In this document: positions 18,789-31,734 of the stretch, one piece after another
Layout of the letters: every line of letters begins with the position of its first letter
Numbering within the stretch: position 1 is the first letter of the stretch
Source of the DNA: an uncultured Chloroflexia bacterium
GTDB lineage: Bacteria > Chloroflexota > Limnocylindria > Limnocylindrales > CSP1-4
DNA length: 64,000 bases
Direction: 5' to 3'
Assembly (NCBI GenBank): GCA_963833705.1
Contig: CAWHYQ010000001.1
Span: forward strand, 571,656-635,655
Program-made: the position numbers and the translations under genes
The notes under the pieces: generated by a model
The model's database searches: none
What the model was told of the DNA's origin: nothing
The model's input: the letters and a program-made list of their open reading frames with translations, nothing else

Positions 18789-20006
18789 TCAGGCGCGCGA
18801 CGCCGAGGCCCCTCGTGTTCGTTCCACGAATTGACCGATCCGGCGCAGGGCCTCCTCCAGTCGCTCGTAGGAGGTCGCGTAGCACATGCGGACGTGCCCG
18901 ACCCCGGACGGCCCGAACGCGCTCCCAGGGACGACCGCGACGTGCTCCTCGGTCAGGAGGCGCTCGGTGAACTCGTCGTCTGTCAGACCCGTCGAGCCGA
19001 TCCGCGGGAAGGCATAGAACGCGCCGCGCGGTTCGAACGTCTCGAGCCCAAGGGCGTTCAGCCCGTCGACGATGAGACGTCGCCGCCGGTCGTACTCGGC
19101 CAGCATCCGCTCGACCTCGGGCTCGCCCTCGACGATGGCGGCCAGCGCGGCGTCCTGGGCGGTCGTCGGCGCCGACATGATCCCGTACTGGTGGACCTTC
19201 ACCATCCCTTCGAGGATGCCGGCCGGAGCGGCCACGTAGCCGACCCGCCAGCCGGTCATCGCGTAGGCCTTCGAGAACCCGCCCATCAGGATGGTCCGCT
19301 CGCGCATCCCCGACAGCGCGCTCATCGCGCGATGCTCGTAGGTCCCGTAGGCAAGGCGATCGTAGATCTCGTCGCTGTAGACGAGCAGGTCGTGGCGGAC
19401 GGCGATGTCGGCGAGCGCATCCTGGACGTCCGACGGGAGGACGGCGCCCGTCGGGTTGCACGGGTAGCCGAGGAAGAGCGCCTTCGTGCGTGGCGTGATG
19501 GCGGCTTCGACCGCCGCGGGGTCGAGCGCGAAGTCGTCCTCGAAGCGCGTGGCCACGTGGCGGACGGTGCCGCCGGCGAAGACGATCGCCGGGACGTAGG
19601 CGACGTACGAGGGTTCGTGCAGGATGACCTCGTCACCCGGATCGCAGGTCGCTCGCAACGCGAGGTCGACCGCCTCGGACGCTCCGACCGTGATCATCAG
19701 CTCCGTCGCCGGGTCGTAGCGGACGCCGTAGCGAGCGTCGAGGTGACGCGACAGCGCCCGCCGCAACTCGATCGTCCCGAAGTTGGAGGTGTAGTGGGTC
19801 CGGCCCTCGCGCAGGCTCTCGACGCCGGCTTCCACGATGACCCGCGGCGTATCGAAGTCGGGCTCCCCGACCCCGAGGCTGATGACGTCGTCCATCGTCG
19901 CGGCGATGTCGAAGAACCGCCGGATCCCCGACGGGGGCACGGCCAGCACACGCGCGGCCAGCGCCCGTTCGGCGAGGGGCGGGCGGGCGCTCGTGTCGGT
20001 CGTCAT
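18789..20006 (-). CDS. Class I/II PLP-dependent aminotransferase (aspartate/aromatic type)
   Basis: 405 aa. PLP-lysine motif GGFSKAYAMTGWRVGY and NPTG motif (GYPCNPTGAV). Confidence 0.85.
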   Translation of the reverse strand: MTTDTSARPPLAERALAARVLAVPPSGIRRFFDIAATMDDVISLGVGEPDFDTPRVIVEAGVESLREGRTHYTSNFGTIELRRALSRHLDARYGVRYDPATELMITVGASEAVDLALRATCDPGDEVILHEPSYVAYVPAIVFAGGTVRHVATRFEDDFALDPAAVEAAITPRTKALFLGYPCNPTGAVLPSDVQDALADIAVRHDLLVYSDEIYDRLAYGTYEHRAMSALSGMRERTILMGGFSKAYAMTGWRVGYVAAPAGILEGMVKVHQYGIMSAPTTAQDAALAAIVEGEPEVERMLAEYDRRRRLIVDGLNALGLETFEPRGAFYAFPRIGSTGLTDDEFTERLLTEEHVAVVPGSAFGPSGVGHVRMCYATSYERLEEALRRIGQFVERTRGASASRA

Positions 20007-20099
20007 GGGCCCAAGCGTACGGCATCGCGCCAGACGCGGGCCGCTCGGGTCATCTGGGCAGGCAGGCCCGGCCGCCGGGCGGCCGGGCCTGCCGTTCGA

Positions 20100-20909
20100 T
20101 CAGGTCGCCGTGGCCAGCAGTTCCGTCCGGCCGGCCTCCGCCGCGTGGCCGTTCGCCGCGAGTGGTGCCGATCCGGCTGTGGGGGTCAGCGGGGGCGCGA
20201 CCACCGTTCGGTGCGCTCGCTCCCGGATCCCCAGCATCTGTCGTCGCATCATCCCGAAGACACCGAGCGCGAGGAACGGAGCGGCGACGCGGAACCCCGG
20301 CCCGGCCGAGCCGAACCGGATCCGGAACCGCTCGATGAGGCGAGTCTGGCCGCTTCCGAACGGTTCGAGCGCGAAGGTCCAGCTGACGGCGAACTCCTGG
20401 GGCGTCGAGCCCAGGATCGCACTCGTCGCCGCGAGTCCGGTCGGTCGGGTCGCGGGGCCGGTGCGGGCCTCGGCGGCTTCGGCTGCCATGCGGGCGACCT
20501 GTGCGGTATCCGAGTAGAGCACGAGCGCCCGGCCCGGCTCGACGACCCGGACCTGGAACCCGCCATCGGGCGAGATCTGCAGGACGTCACCCGGGGCGAT
20601 CACCTGCCACGCGGGCACGATGCGGTCGGCGCTCTTGCCGCGCATGTCGAGCTGGTCATAGCTGTACCAGCCGGCCCGATCGAAGCCCATCTGAACGAGC
20701 CATGGCCAGACGGCCTCGGGCGGCGCATCGATGGTGATCCCGCGAGTCTCGATGGCGGTCGGCGTCGGGACGAGGTGGTCGCCCGGCAGCGCCTTGGCCG
20801 CCTCGATGGGATCAACGCCCCAGGTCCGCCACCAGCGAACCGTCCGACCGATGGTGATCCCGGCCGCGGTCCCGATGACCGTTCCGGCGATCGCGATGCG
20901 AGTGCGCAT
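20100..20909 (-). CDS. SRPBCC (START/polyketide cyclase-like) family protein with an N-terminal hydrophobic segment
   Basis: 269-aa ORF. ...IDAPPEAVWPWLVQMGFDRAGWYSYD... is typical of SRPBCC proteins. Confidence 0.55.
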   Translation of the reverse strand: MRTRIAIAGTVIGTAAGITIGRTVRWWRTWGVDPIEAAKALPGDHLVPTPTAIETRGITIDAPPEAVWPWLVQMGFDRAGWYSYDQLDMRGKSADRIVPAWQVIAPGDVLQISPDGGFQVRVVEPGRALVLYSDTAQVARMAAEAAEARTGPATRPTGLAATSAILGSTPQEFAVSWTFALEPFGSGQTRLIERFRIRFGSAGPGFRVAAPFLALGVFGMMRRQMLGIRERAHRTVVAPPLTPTAGSAPLAANGHAAEAGRTELLATAT

Positions 20910-21011
20910 ACGTCACCTCCGGGCCTATCGTCGGGCGCACCGACGACGCGGACGAGAGCCGACGGGCACGAAACCCCGGGCCTACCGACCCACTGGTAAT
21001 GAAGGTCGCCG

Positions 21012-22592
21012 TCAGGCGGTCGTCAGCCCCTGCATCCGCTCGGCCGGGGTCGGTGCCAGGGGGTCGGACGCCGCGGCCAGCTGGCTCGGCTCGAGCGCTC
21101 GCCAGGGTGCCCCGGCGGTGATCGCCTCGTACCCGCGGGCGACCCCGAACAGGTCGGCTTCCGACCACGCGGCCCCGATCAGCTGGAGCCCGACCGGGAG
21201 TCCCTCCGACAGGCCGCACGGGATGGAGACGCCGGGGAGGCCGGCCATGTTGACCGGCAGTGTGCACGCATCCGAGAGGTACATCGCCACGGGATCGGCC
21301 ATCCGCGCCCCGAGCGGGAACGCGACGGTCGGGGACGTTGGTGCCACGAGGGCGTCGAACCCCCGGGCCCAGAGGGCGTCGAAGTCGCCCTTGATGAGCG
21401 TCCGGACCTTCTGCGCCTTCAGGTAGTAGGCGTCGTAGTAGCCGGCCGACAGCGCGTACGTCCCGAGCATGATCCGTCGCTTCACCTCGGCGCCGAAGCC
21501 CCGGCCTCGCGTGGCGAGGTAGTTGGCCAGCACGTCGCCGTCACCCAGGCGAGGCCCGAAGCGGATCCCGTCGTAGCGGGCCAGGTTGGCCGACGCCTCT
21601 GCGGGCGCCACGATGTAGTAGGTCGCGAGGCCATAGTCCGTGTGTGGCAGGCTGACGTCCTCGACGATCGCTCCTGCCGCCTCGAGCGCCGCGACCGCCG
21701 CCCGGATACCGGCCTCGACCCCTGGCTCCATCCCGGCCACGAAGTATTCGCGGGGAAGCCCCAGCCGAAGGCCCTTGAGGGACGCGGCCGCCTCGTCGTC
21801 GCTCGACGGCAGCGCCGTGAGTGTCGCCGGGACGGGTTGCGGTGAGGAGGTCGAGTCGCGATCGTCGCGGCCGGCGACCGCGTGGAGGAGCGCCGCCGCG
21901 TCACGGACGTCACGCGCGAACGGCCCGATCTGGTCCAGCGAGCTCGCGAAGGCCACGATCCCGTAGCGGCTGACGCGGCCGTACGTCGGCTTCATGCCGA
22001 CGATGCCGCACAGCGCGGCCGGCTGGCGGATGGAACCGCCGGTGTCGGTCCCGATGGCCAGGGGTGCGTGATAGGCGGCCACCGCCGCGGCGGATCCGCC
22101 ACTGCTCCCGCCCGGGACCCGGTCGAGCGCCCATGGATTCGCGGTCGGCCCATACGCCGAATGCTCGGTGGACGAGCCCATCGCGAACTCATCCATGTTC
22201 GTCTTGCCGAGGATGACCGCGCCGGCCTCCCGGAGCCGCTCCGTGATGTGCGCGTCGTACGGGGCTCGATACCCCTCGAGGATCCGCGACCCGGCGGTGC
22301 ACTGGCCGCCGGCGACGGACACGAGGTCCTTGAGCGCGATCGGGATCCCGAGCAGCGGACGCAGTCGATCGAGGGCCCGTGCGCCGTCGGTCCGGGCCGC
22401 CGCCAGGCGCGCGTCGGCCGCGTCGGCCTCCGCGAGGGCACGTTCGCGATCGATGGTCAGCCACGCATTGAGTACGCGGTTGTCGCGCTCCGCCGCCGCA
22501 AGGTGCGCCTCGGTCAGTTCGTGCGATGACACCTCGCCCGTTCGCAGCAGGGCGGCCATGGCATGGGCGGGCAACCGCGTGAGTGCCGTCAT
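21012..22592 (-). CDS. gatA: Asp/Glu-tRNA amidotransferase subunit A
   Basis: Amidase signature [13 protein letters not shown]...[13 protein letters not shown]. Start chosen at the ATG at 22592, just after the gatC stop. Confidence 0.9.
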   Translation of the reverse strand: MTALTRLPAHAMAALLRTGEVSSHELTEAHLAAAERDNRVLNAWLTIDRERALAEADAADARLAAARTDGARALDRLRPLLGIPIALKDLVSVAGGQCTAGSRILEGYRAPYDAHITERLREAGAVILGKTNMDEFAMGSSTEHSAYGPTANPWALDRVPGGSSGGSAAAVAAYHAPLAIGTDTGGSIRQPAALCGIVGMKPTYGRVSRYGIVAFASSLDQIGPFARDVRDAAALLHAVAGRDDRDSTSSPQPVPATLTALPSSDDEAAASLKGLRLGLPREYFVAGMEPGVEAGIRAAVAALEAAGAIVEDVSLPHTDYGLATYYIVAPAEASANLARYDGIRFGPRLGDGDVLANYLATRGRGFGAEVKRRIMLGTYALSAGYYDAYYLKAQKVRTLIKGDFDALWARGFDALVAPTSPTVAFPLGARMADPVAMYLSDACTLPVNMAGLPGVSIPCGLSEGLPVGLQLIGAAWSEADLFGVARGYEAITAGAPWRALEPSQLAAASDPLAPTPAERMQGLTTA

Positions 22593-22599
22593 CGGTCGG

Positions 22600-22896
22600 T
22601 CAGCGCTCGTCGAGGATGGCCGGGACGACGATGAAGTCGCCGTCACGGGCCGGCGCGTTGGCGAGGACGGCCTCGACGGGAAGCGACGGCCGGACGACGT
22701 CGTCGCGGAGGATGTTCTCCAGCTCGATCGTCTGGGCCGTCGGGGCGATGTCGTCGGTGGGGAGGTCGGCCAGGATGGCGTACTGGTCCAGGATGTGGTT
22801 GAGCTGCGCCTCGAGCCGGGTCAGTTCCGCATCGGTCAGACCCAGGCGGGCGAGGTGGGCGACGTGCTCGACGTCCGCTCTGGACAGGCTGGCCAT
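22600..22896 (-). CDS. gatC: Asp/Glu-tRNA amidotransferase subunit C
   Basis: 98 aa: [38 protein letters not shown]... Position is immediately upstream of gatA. Confidence 0.85.
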   Translation of the reverse strand: MASLSRADVEHVAHLARLGLTDAELTRLEAQLNHILDQYAILADLPTDDIAPTAQTIELENILRDDVVRPSLPVEAVLANAPARDGDFIVVPAILDER

Positions 22897-22951
22897 GCGC
22901 CCGATGATAGCCGACCGACCGCCCCCGGCCCGATGCCGCTACGATCGGGCG

Positions 22952-23788
22952 ATGCCATCGCCCGTCGTCCGCCCGATGACGCCCGCCGACGTCGAGACGG
23001 CCGCTGAGTCGATCCTGCGCGGCGACTGGGGCGACCGTCGCGTCAACCTCGCCTTCGTGACGAGCCACCCGGAAAGCCGGCCGTTCGTGGCCGACGCCGA
23101 CGGAGCGGTCGTTGGGACCGGCGTCGCGATGCTCAATGGTCCGGTCGCCTGGATCGGGACGATCTGGGTCGACAGGGCATGGCGCCGCCAGGGCCTCGGG
23201 ATGGCCCTGACCCGTGCGACCATCGATGCCGCCGAGGCGGCCGGTTGTCGCACCCTGGTCCTCGTCGCGACCGAGGCCGGACGGCCGATGTACGAACGAC
23301 TCGGGTTCGAGGTCCAGACGTGGTATCGCATCGTCGAGGCGCCGGGCGTGGAGTCGGCCGACCCGGATCCGCGCGTCCGACCGTTCCGCTCGAGCGACCT
23401 CGACGCGATGGCCGCGCTCGACGCCGAGGCGACCGGCGAGGATCGCGCACACCTGCTCCGGGCCTTCGCGTCGCCCGAGTCGGCGCGATGTCTCGAACTC
23501 GACGATGGCTCGCTCGGCGGGTTCATCGTCCGCGCACCCTGGGGTGGTGGGGCGACCATCGCGCCGCGGCCGGACGACGCTGCCGCCATCCTCGCCGCGC
23601 GACGCATCGCCTCGGGGCCCGGCCAGCGGGTCCGCGCCGGCCTGCTCATGGAGAACGCGGCCGGCATGGATCGGCTCGCCCGTGACGGCTGGACCGAGGT
23701 GTGGCGCGCCCCGCGGCTCGTCAGGGGCGACCCGCAACACTGGGCTCCCGACGCGATCTGGGGTCAGTTCAACCACGCCATGGGCTGA
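22952..23788 (+). CDS. GNAT-family N-acetyltransferase
   Basis: ATG at 22952. Acetyl-CoA motif A WVDRAWRRQGLGMALTRA. About 278 aa with a C-terminal extension. Confidence 0.7.
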   Translation: MPSPVVRPMTPADVETAAESILRGDWGDRRVNLAFVTSHPESRPFVADADGAVVGTGVAMLNGPVAWIGTIWVDRAWRRQGLGMALTRATIDAAEAAGCRTLVLVATEAGRPMYERLGFEVQTWYRIVEAPGVESADPDPRVRPFRSSDLDAMAALDAEATGEDRAHLLRAFASPESARCLELDDGSLGGFIVRAPWGGGATIAPRPDDAAAILAARRIASGPGQRVRAGLLMENAAGMDRLARDGWTEVWRAPRLVRGDPQHWAPDAIWGQFNHAMG

Positions 23789-23913
23789 ACCCGCGCAACG
23801 ATGGTCCGAATGGGGGCCGTCAGGCCGACGATGGGGGCATGGCGAGCCCGTCGGGCGACGCACGATGCTGCGCCTACGTCGCGTCCTGACCGTCCGGGAG
23901 ACCAGATCGACCC

Positions 23914-24300
23914 ATGTGGCCCATCGACCGCCTACGCCGCCGGCTCTTCGGCGGACCGGCCATGCTCGCCATGGCCGCCCCGGGATCGTCATCGCCCGGC
24001 GTGCGGCCGACGACCGTGAGCGAGCTGATCGTCCTCGCCGGCGCCGACGCCGACCGACTGGGCGGCGCCCTCCAGCGCGAACTCCGACAGCGAGCGGAGC
24101 GGCTCGACACACCACACCGGATCGAGCGTGCGTTGTCCACCTTCATCGCCGGCCGAGCCGGGCCGGGACGGCCCCGGGTCCTACGTCGACCGGCCGGACT
24201 GACATCGCCCGAGGCGTGGGAGATCCACCTGGACGGTGTCGACCCGGCGACGGTCGAGGCGATCCGCGAAGCGAGTCGGACCGGGAGCTTCGCGCGATGA
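23914..24300 (+). CDS. Hypothetical protein
   Basis: 128-aa ORF with GC-rich third positions. ATGA overlap with the following gene. No recognisable motif. Confidence 0.35.
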   Translation: MWPIDRLRRRLFGGPAMLAMAAPGSSSPGVRPTTVSELIVLAGADADRLGGALQRELRQRAERLDTPHRIERALSTFIAGRAGPGRPRVLRRPAGLTSPEAWEIHLDGVDPATVEAIREASRTGSFAR

Positions 24301-24802
24301 TCGAGACCGTCTGCCTGCAGTGCGGGACGCCGTCGGCCTCGGCGGGCGCCGCGTTCTGTCGTCGCTGCGGCCTGCCATACGGCGAGCCGCCACGGCCCGA
24401 CGCCGAACTCCCGACCTGCCCCGTCTGCTACCGGACGGTCGACGAGGACGGGCGGCTCCCGAGCCTGGACCACCGCGGGCTTCGCGTCGACCTCGTCCGC
24501 CACCTGGCCGAACACGACCGCTATCCCGTCGGCGACGACGACTGGCTGGAGTCCCTTCGAGAGGGCGACAAGATCCGGGTGGGTCGATGGTCCGCGCCGT
24601 TCGAGACGGTCCGTCGCTACCTGGTCACCGGACAGGTCGAGGCCGGTCGCAACCGCGCCCTCGCCCACGACGCCATCGTCACCGCGATGACCCAGATCCG
24701 GCGCTGGGGCGTCGACGGCGACATCTTCGGCGACCAGCCGGAATGGGCCGCCGCACGGGTCGCGGTCGGCTCATTGATGGACCGCTATGCGCGCGGTCGT
24801 CG

Positions 24803-24806
<4 letters not shown>
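24297..24806 (+). CDS. Zinc-ribbon domain protein, hypothetical
   Basis: 169 aa. CLQCGTPSASAGAAFCRRCG followed by CPVC. No other recognisable domain. Confidence 0.5.
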
Positions 24807-27561
<2,755 letters not shown>

Positions 27562-27789
27562 CTACGCGGCGAGGTGTTCCGACAGGTCCAGCACGAGGCG
27601 GCGGGGATGCGGCAGGAAGACGGCCCCCAGCCGGCCGAGGATGCCGGTCGGGCTGGCAGTCGCCGAGCAGACGAGCCACAGGCGGCCGTCGTCGTCCTCG
27701 ATGGCGGTGGGCGCCGAGCAGACCGGACAGAACGGGTCCTGGTCGAGGGCGCGCTCGATCAAGTCGAGCATGCGGGCGTTGTCGAACAT
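27562..27789 (-). CDS. Small hypothetical protein upstream of ligA
   Basis: 75-aa ORF containing CPVC...C. GC-rich third positions. Confidence 0.4.
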   Translation of the reverse strand: MFDNARMLDLIERALDQDPFCPVCSAPTAIEDDDGRLWLVCSATASPTGILGRLGAVFLPHPRRLVLDLSEHLAA

Positions 27790-27921
27790 GGGAAAAGGAA
27801 CCTCAGGGGGTCAAAGGAAGGAGACCGGCGGGACCGGAGCCTCGCGCCGATCGTCCCACCCTGCCCCAGTTCGCCTCCCGCGTCGATGGCGGCCGGGTGT
27901 CGACCGGGTCGCGACTCGGGC

Positions 27922-29004
27922 TCAATCGACGAGGTGGTCGCGCCGGATCTCGGCGGGGGTCGGTGTCCCGAGCAGCCGGAGGGCGATCTCGAATTCCTCG
28001 CGGAGGATCGCGAGCGCCCGCTCGACGCCGGCCTGCCCGCCCGCCGCGAGCGCCCACAGGACCGGCCGCCCAAGGAGCACGCCGCGCGCACCGAGGGCCA
28101 AGGCGATGGCGAGGTCGAGACCCCGTCGTACGCCGCCGTCGACCCAGACCTCGGTCGCGTCCCCGACAGCGTCGACGATCTCGGCCAGGACGTCGAGCGG
28201 CGCCGGGACGCGATCGAGTTGACGGGCGCCGTGGTTGCTGACGACGATCGCGTCGACCCCGTGCTCGGCCGCGAGCCTCGCGTCGTCGACGGTCAGGATC
28301 CCCTTGAGCACGAGTGGCAGGTCGGACCAGCCCCGGATGGTCGGGAGATCCGCCCAGGTCAGGGTGCTCGCCAGCCGTTGCACGCCCCCACCGCTGCCGC
28401 GACGGCCGCGGTTCCCGTGGGTCGGGGCGACAGCCGTGAAATTGGCGAGCGGCGGCAACGTGAACTGCGAACGCCGATCGCGATCTCGATAGCCGAGCAC
28501 CGGCAGGTCCACGGTCAGGACGTTGGCCCGGTATCCCGCCGAGGCGGCGCGCTCGACGAGCGATCGCGTGACGCCGGGGTCCTCCTGGACATAGAGCTGG
28601 AACCAGCGGTTGGCCTCCGGGGCGGCCGCCGCGACCTCCTCGATGGAGCGCGACGAGGTCGTGGACAGGATGAACGGGACACCCGCCGACGCGGCGGCCC
28701 GGGCCGTCGCCATCTCGCCGTCGGGATGCGCCAGACCGTGGATGGCCATCGGCGCGATCGCCAACGGCAACGAGGTCGGCTGCCCGAGCAGCGTCGTCGA
28801 AGGATCGACGCTGGCGACGTCGATGAGGACGCGCGGGCGGAACCGCCGGCGTCGCCAGGCGGCCTCGTTGTCGGCCAGCGAGACCTCGTCCCACGAGCCG
28901 CCGGCGTAGTAGTCGTAGGCAGAGGGCGTCAGGGCCGCGCGCGCGAGCGGCTCGAAGTCGGCCACGCTGACGACCCGGGCCAGCGGGTCCTCCCCCCCGC
29001 TCAA
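27922..29004 (-). CDS. FMN-dependent alpha-hydroxy-acid oxidase/dehydrogenase (LldD/glycolate oxidase family)
   Basis: 360 aa. SNHGARQLD motif and TIM-barrel FMN-binding pattern. Confidence 0.85.
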   Translation of the reverse strand: MSGGEDPLARVVSVADFEPLARAALTPSAYDYYAGGSWDEVSLADNEAAWRRRRFRPRVLIDVASVDPSTTLLGQPTSLPLAIAPMAIHGLAHPDGEMATARAAASAGVPFILSTTSSRSIEEVAAAAPEANRWFQLYVQEDPGVTRSLVERAASAGYRANVLTVDLPVLGYRDRDRRSQFTLPPLANFTAVAPTHGNRGRRGSGGGVQRLASTLTWADLPTIRGWSDLPLVLKGILTVDDARLAAEHGVDAIVVSNHGARQLDRVPAPLDVLAEIVDAVGDATEVWVDGGVRRGLDLAIALALGARGVLLGRPVLWALAAGGQAGVERALAILREEFEIALRLLGTPTPAEIRRDHLVD

Positions 29005-31679
29005 CCGACGAGGTCCAGGTTGGCCAGGCTGACCAGCATCGTCTTGCGCCCGACGGAGGCGTCCTTGAATGCCACGGTGACCTCCTCGTCGCTGCGGGTC
29101 AGCTTGCTCGTCACCACGATGCCATCGCCCCAGCGCGCGTGGCGGACGCGATCGCCGTCACGGAACTGGCGCTCACCGGGGACGATCGGGCGGGCCGGTC
29201 GCGTCTGGCCGTCCGACGCGGTTGTCGCGGGCGTCCCCGGCGCGTCGAGCTCGTCGTCCCAGGTGCGGACCGGCCGGGCCAACGACCCGGACGGCGCACC
29301 CTCCGAGAAGGCCTCGCGTTTCGCGGCGAGGTCCCGACCGGGCCGGAAGGTCTCACCCTCGGGCGGGGCGCCCGGCCGGCCACTCCCCTGCCGGAACGCG
29401 GCGCCACTGCCACGGACCGGCGTCCCGAACCGGCTCGTCCGGCGTGCCCCGAACACGAGGTCGAGGTCAAGATCGCGGTCGTCGGCGCCGCCCAGCTGGG
29501 GTCCGACCATCAGTTCGGCCGGGATCTCCAGCAGGAACCGCGACGGGACCGACGCCTGGCCCATCCCCCAGGTCGCCCGACGCCAGGCGTGCGACAGGTA
29601 CAGCCGCCGCTTCGCGCGGGTGATGCCGACGTAGGCGAGGCGACGCTCCTCCTCGAGCTCCTTCTCGTCGTCGAGCGCCCGGCTGTGCGGGAAGAGCCCC
29701 TCCTCGAGACCCGCGATGAAGACCACCGGGAATTCGAGTCCCTTTGCGGCGTGGAGTGTGATGAGCGTGACCGCATCGGCATCGCCCTCGTACGAGTCCT
29801 GGTCGGCGACGAGCGCGGTCTCCTCGAGCAGCCGGTCCAGCGCGTCATCCGGGGTGAGGTCGTCGTAGCGGGTGGTCACCGAACGCAGCTCGAGCAGGTT
29901 GGCCCAGCGCTCCTCGCCGTCCTCGGATCCATCGGCCAGCATGGCCCGATACCCCGACGCCTCGAGCGCCTCGTCGAGCAGCTCCGGCAGGCTCAGCACG
30001 CCGACCCGCCCGCGCAGCCGCCGGACGAGGATCGCGAAGTCGGTCAGTGCGTTGCGCGTCCGCGGCGCGAGCCCCTCGAGCTCACCCGTGACAGCGGCCT
30101 CGATCGCGCCCCAGGTCGAACCACCCTCACGCCCGGCCGCCGTCCGCAGGACTTCGATCGTCCGCTCCCCGATCCCGCGCGCCGGGACGTTGATGACGCG
30201 TTCGAAGCTGACGCTGTCCGTGTCCGAGCGGAGGATCCGCAGGTACGCCAGCGCGTCCTTGACCTCGCGCCGCGAGTAGAACCTCGTGCCGCCCACGAGC
30301 TGATAGCGGATGCCGTAGCGCAGGAAGGATTCCTCGATCGCGCGGGACTGCGCGTTCATCCGGTACATGACCGCGATGTCGCGCGCGCGGAACCGGGCAT
30401 CCTCCTCGTCGGCGCGGCGCGTGAGGGCGCTGCCGCGACCACCGACCAGACCCTCGACCTGGCGGGCGATCCACTCGGCCTCCTCTTCCTCGTTGTAGGC
30501 CTCGAAGCGCTGGATCTTGACGCCGCCCGCGTTGTCGGTCCACAGCTTCTTGTCCTTGCGCGCGTTGTTGCGCGACACGACGGCATGGGCGGCATCGAGG
30601 ATGAGCTGGGTCGAGCGGTAGTTCTGTTCGAGCTTGACCACGGCGGTGTCGGGCCAGTCGCGCTCGAAGTCGAGGATGTTGCGAAGGTCCGCGCCGCGCC
30701 ACGAATAGATCGACTGGTCGTCGTCGCCGACGACGCACAGGTTCCGATGCCTGGCGGCCAGCGCCCGTACCCACAGGTATTGGGCCCGGTTGGTGTCCTG
30801 GTATTCATCGACGTGGAGGTAGCGCCAGCGCTCCTGGTACTTGGCGAGGACGTCCGGCGCTTCCTCGAACAACCGGACCGCCTCGAGCAGGAGATCGTCG
30901 AAGTCAAGGGCGTTCGCCTTGCGCAACCGCTCCTGGTAGCGCGTGGCCAGCCGGGCGATCGTGCGCTCCCGGTGGTTGGCGGCATGCTCCGACAGGAAGG
31001 CCGGGTCGAGCATCTCGTTCTTCGACCGACTGATCGCCCCGAGGACTGCGCTCGGGCGGAACTCGCCGGTCAGCGGGAGGTCCTCCTCGCGCAGGATCTG
31101 CTTCATCAACGACTGCTGGTCGTCGGTGTCATAGATGACGAAGCGGCGCCCGATGCCGATCGATTCGCCCTCCGCGCGGAGGACCCGGGCGCACAGCGAA
31201 TGGAACGTCCCGGCCACGACGTCGCGACCGCCCTCGCCGACGAGGCTGATGATGCGCTCGCGGAGCTCGGCGGCCGCCCGGTTCGTGAATGTCACCGCCA
31301 GGATCCGCCACGGGGCGACGTCCTTGACGCTCACGAGATAGGCGATCCGGTGGGCCAGGACCCTGGTCTTGCCCGATCCGGCACCCGCGAGGATGAGCAG
31401 CGGACCGTCGATGGTCGTCACGGCCCGCGCCTGTTCGGGGTTGAGGGCACGGACGATGTCGGCGGCACGGGCCGCGATCGCGGCGGCTCGGACCGCGGGA
31501 TCCGGCGGGGCCGCCGGCGCGGCCGGGTCCTCGCCCGCCGTGGCCGCCTCGCGCATCCAGGCGGGCTCGTCGGGCGTGGCGACGGCTGTCTCGGACAGGT
31601 CGGTGAAGGCCGTCCCGGCCGTCGCGGCGGCGTCGTCGAGCACGGTGTCGCCGGGTCGGCGTCGTCGGGTGGGGCTCAC
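29001..31679 (-). CDS. pcrA: ATP-dependent DNA helicase PcrA/UvrD family
   Basis: 892 aa. Walker A AGAGSGKTRVL, motifs DEYQDTN and VGDDDQSIYSWRGA, and a C-terminal Tudor-like tail (RHARWGDGIVV). Confidence 0.9.
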   Translation of the reverse strand: MSPTRRRRPGDTVLDDAAATAGTAFTDLSETAVATPDEPAWMREAATAGEDPAAPAAPPDPAVRAAAIAARAADIVRALNPEQARAVTTIDGPLLILAGAGSGKTRVLAHRIAYLVSVKDVAPWRILAVTFTNRAAAELRERIISLVGEGGRDVVAGTFHSLCARVLRAEGESIGIGRRFVIYDTDDQQSLMKQILREEDLPLTGEFRPSAVLGAISRSKNEMLDPAFLSEHAANHRERTIARLATRYQERLRKANALDFDDLLLEAVRLFEEAPDVLAKYQERWRYLHVDEYQDTNRAQYLWVRALAARHRNLCVVGDDDQSIYSWRGADLRNILDFERDWPDTAVVKLEQNYRSTQLILDAAHAVVSRNNARKDKKLWTDNAGGVKIQRFEAYNEEEEAEWIARQVEGLVGGRGSALTRRADEEDARFRARDIAVMYRMNAQSRAIEESFLRYGIRYQLVGGTRFYSRREVKDALAYLRILRSDTDSVSFERVINVPARGIGERTIEVLRTAAGREGGSTWGAIEAAVTGELEGLAPRTRNALTDFAILVRRLRGRVGVLSLPELLDEALEASGYRAMLADGSEDGEERWANLLELRSVTTRYDDLTPDDALDRLLEETALVADQDSYEGDADAVTLITLHAAKGLEFPVVFIAGLEEGLFPHSRALDDEKELEEERRLAYVGITRAKRRLYLSHAWRRATWGMGQASVPSRFLLEIPAELMVGPQLGGADDRDLDLDLVFGARRTSRFGTPVRGSGAAFRQGSGRPGAPPEGETFRPGRDLAAKREAFSEGAPSGSLARPVRTWDDELDAPGTPATTASDGQTRPARPIVPGERQFRDGDRVRHARWGDGIVVTSKLTRSDEEVTVAFKDASVGRKTMLVSLANLDLVG

Positions 31680-31734
31680 CCCGCCATTGTAGGTCGGGGC
31701 GCTTCTCCCGCCGGTCCGATGCGCTCCGGACGGC

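Noticed and set aside
18786-18791. The back-to-back convergent stop codons forming the palindrome TGATCA between GH116 and the aminotransferase (and CTAG at 24803-24806) as regulatory sites.
   Set aside because: This is probably just compact gene packing. No flanking hairpin or repeat supports a regulatory role.
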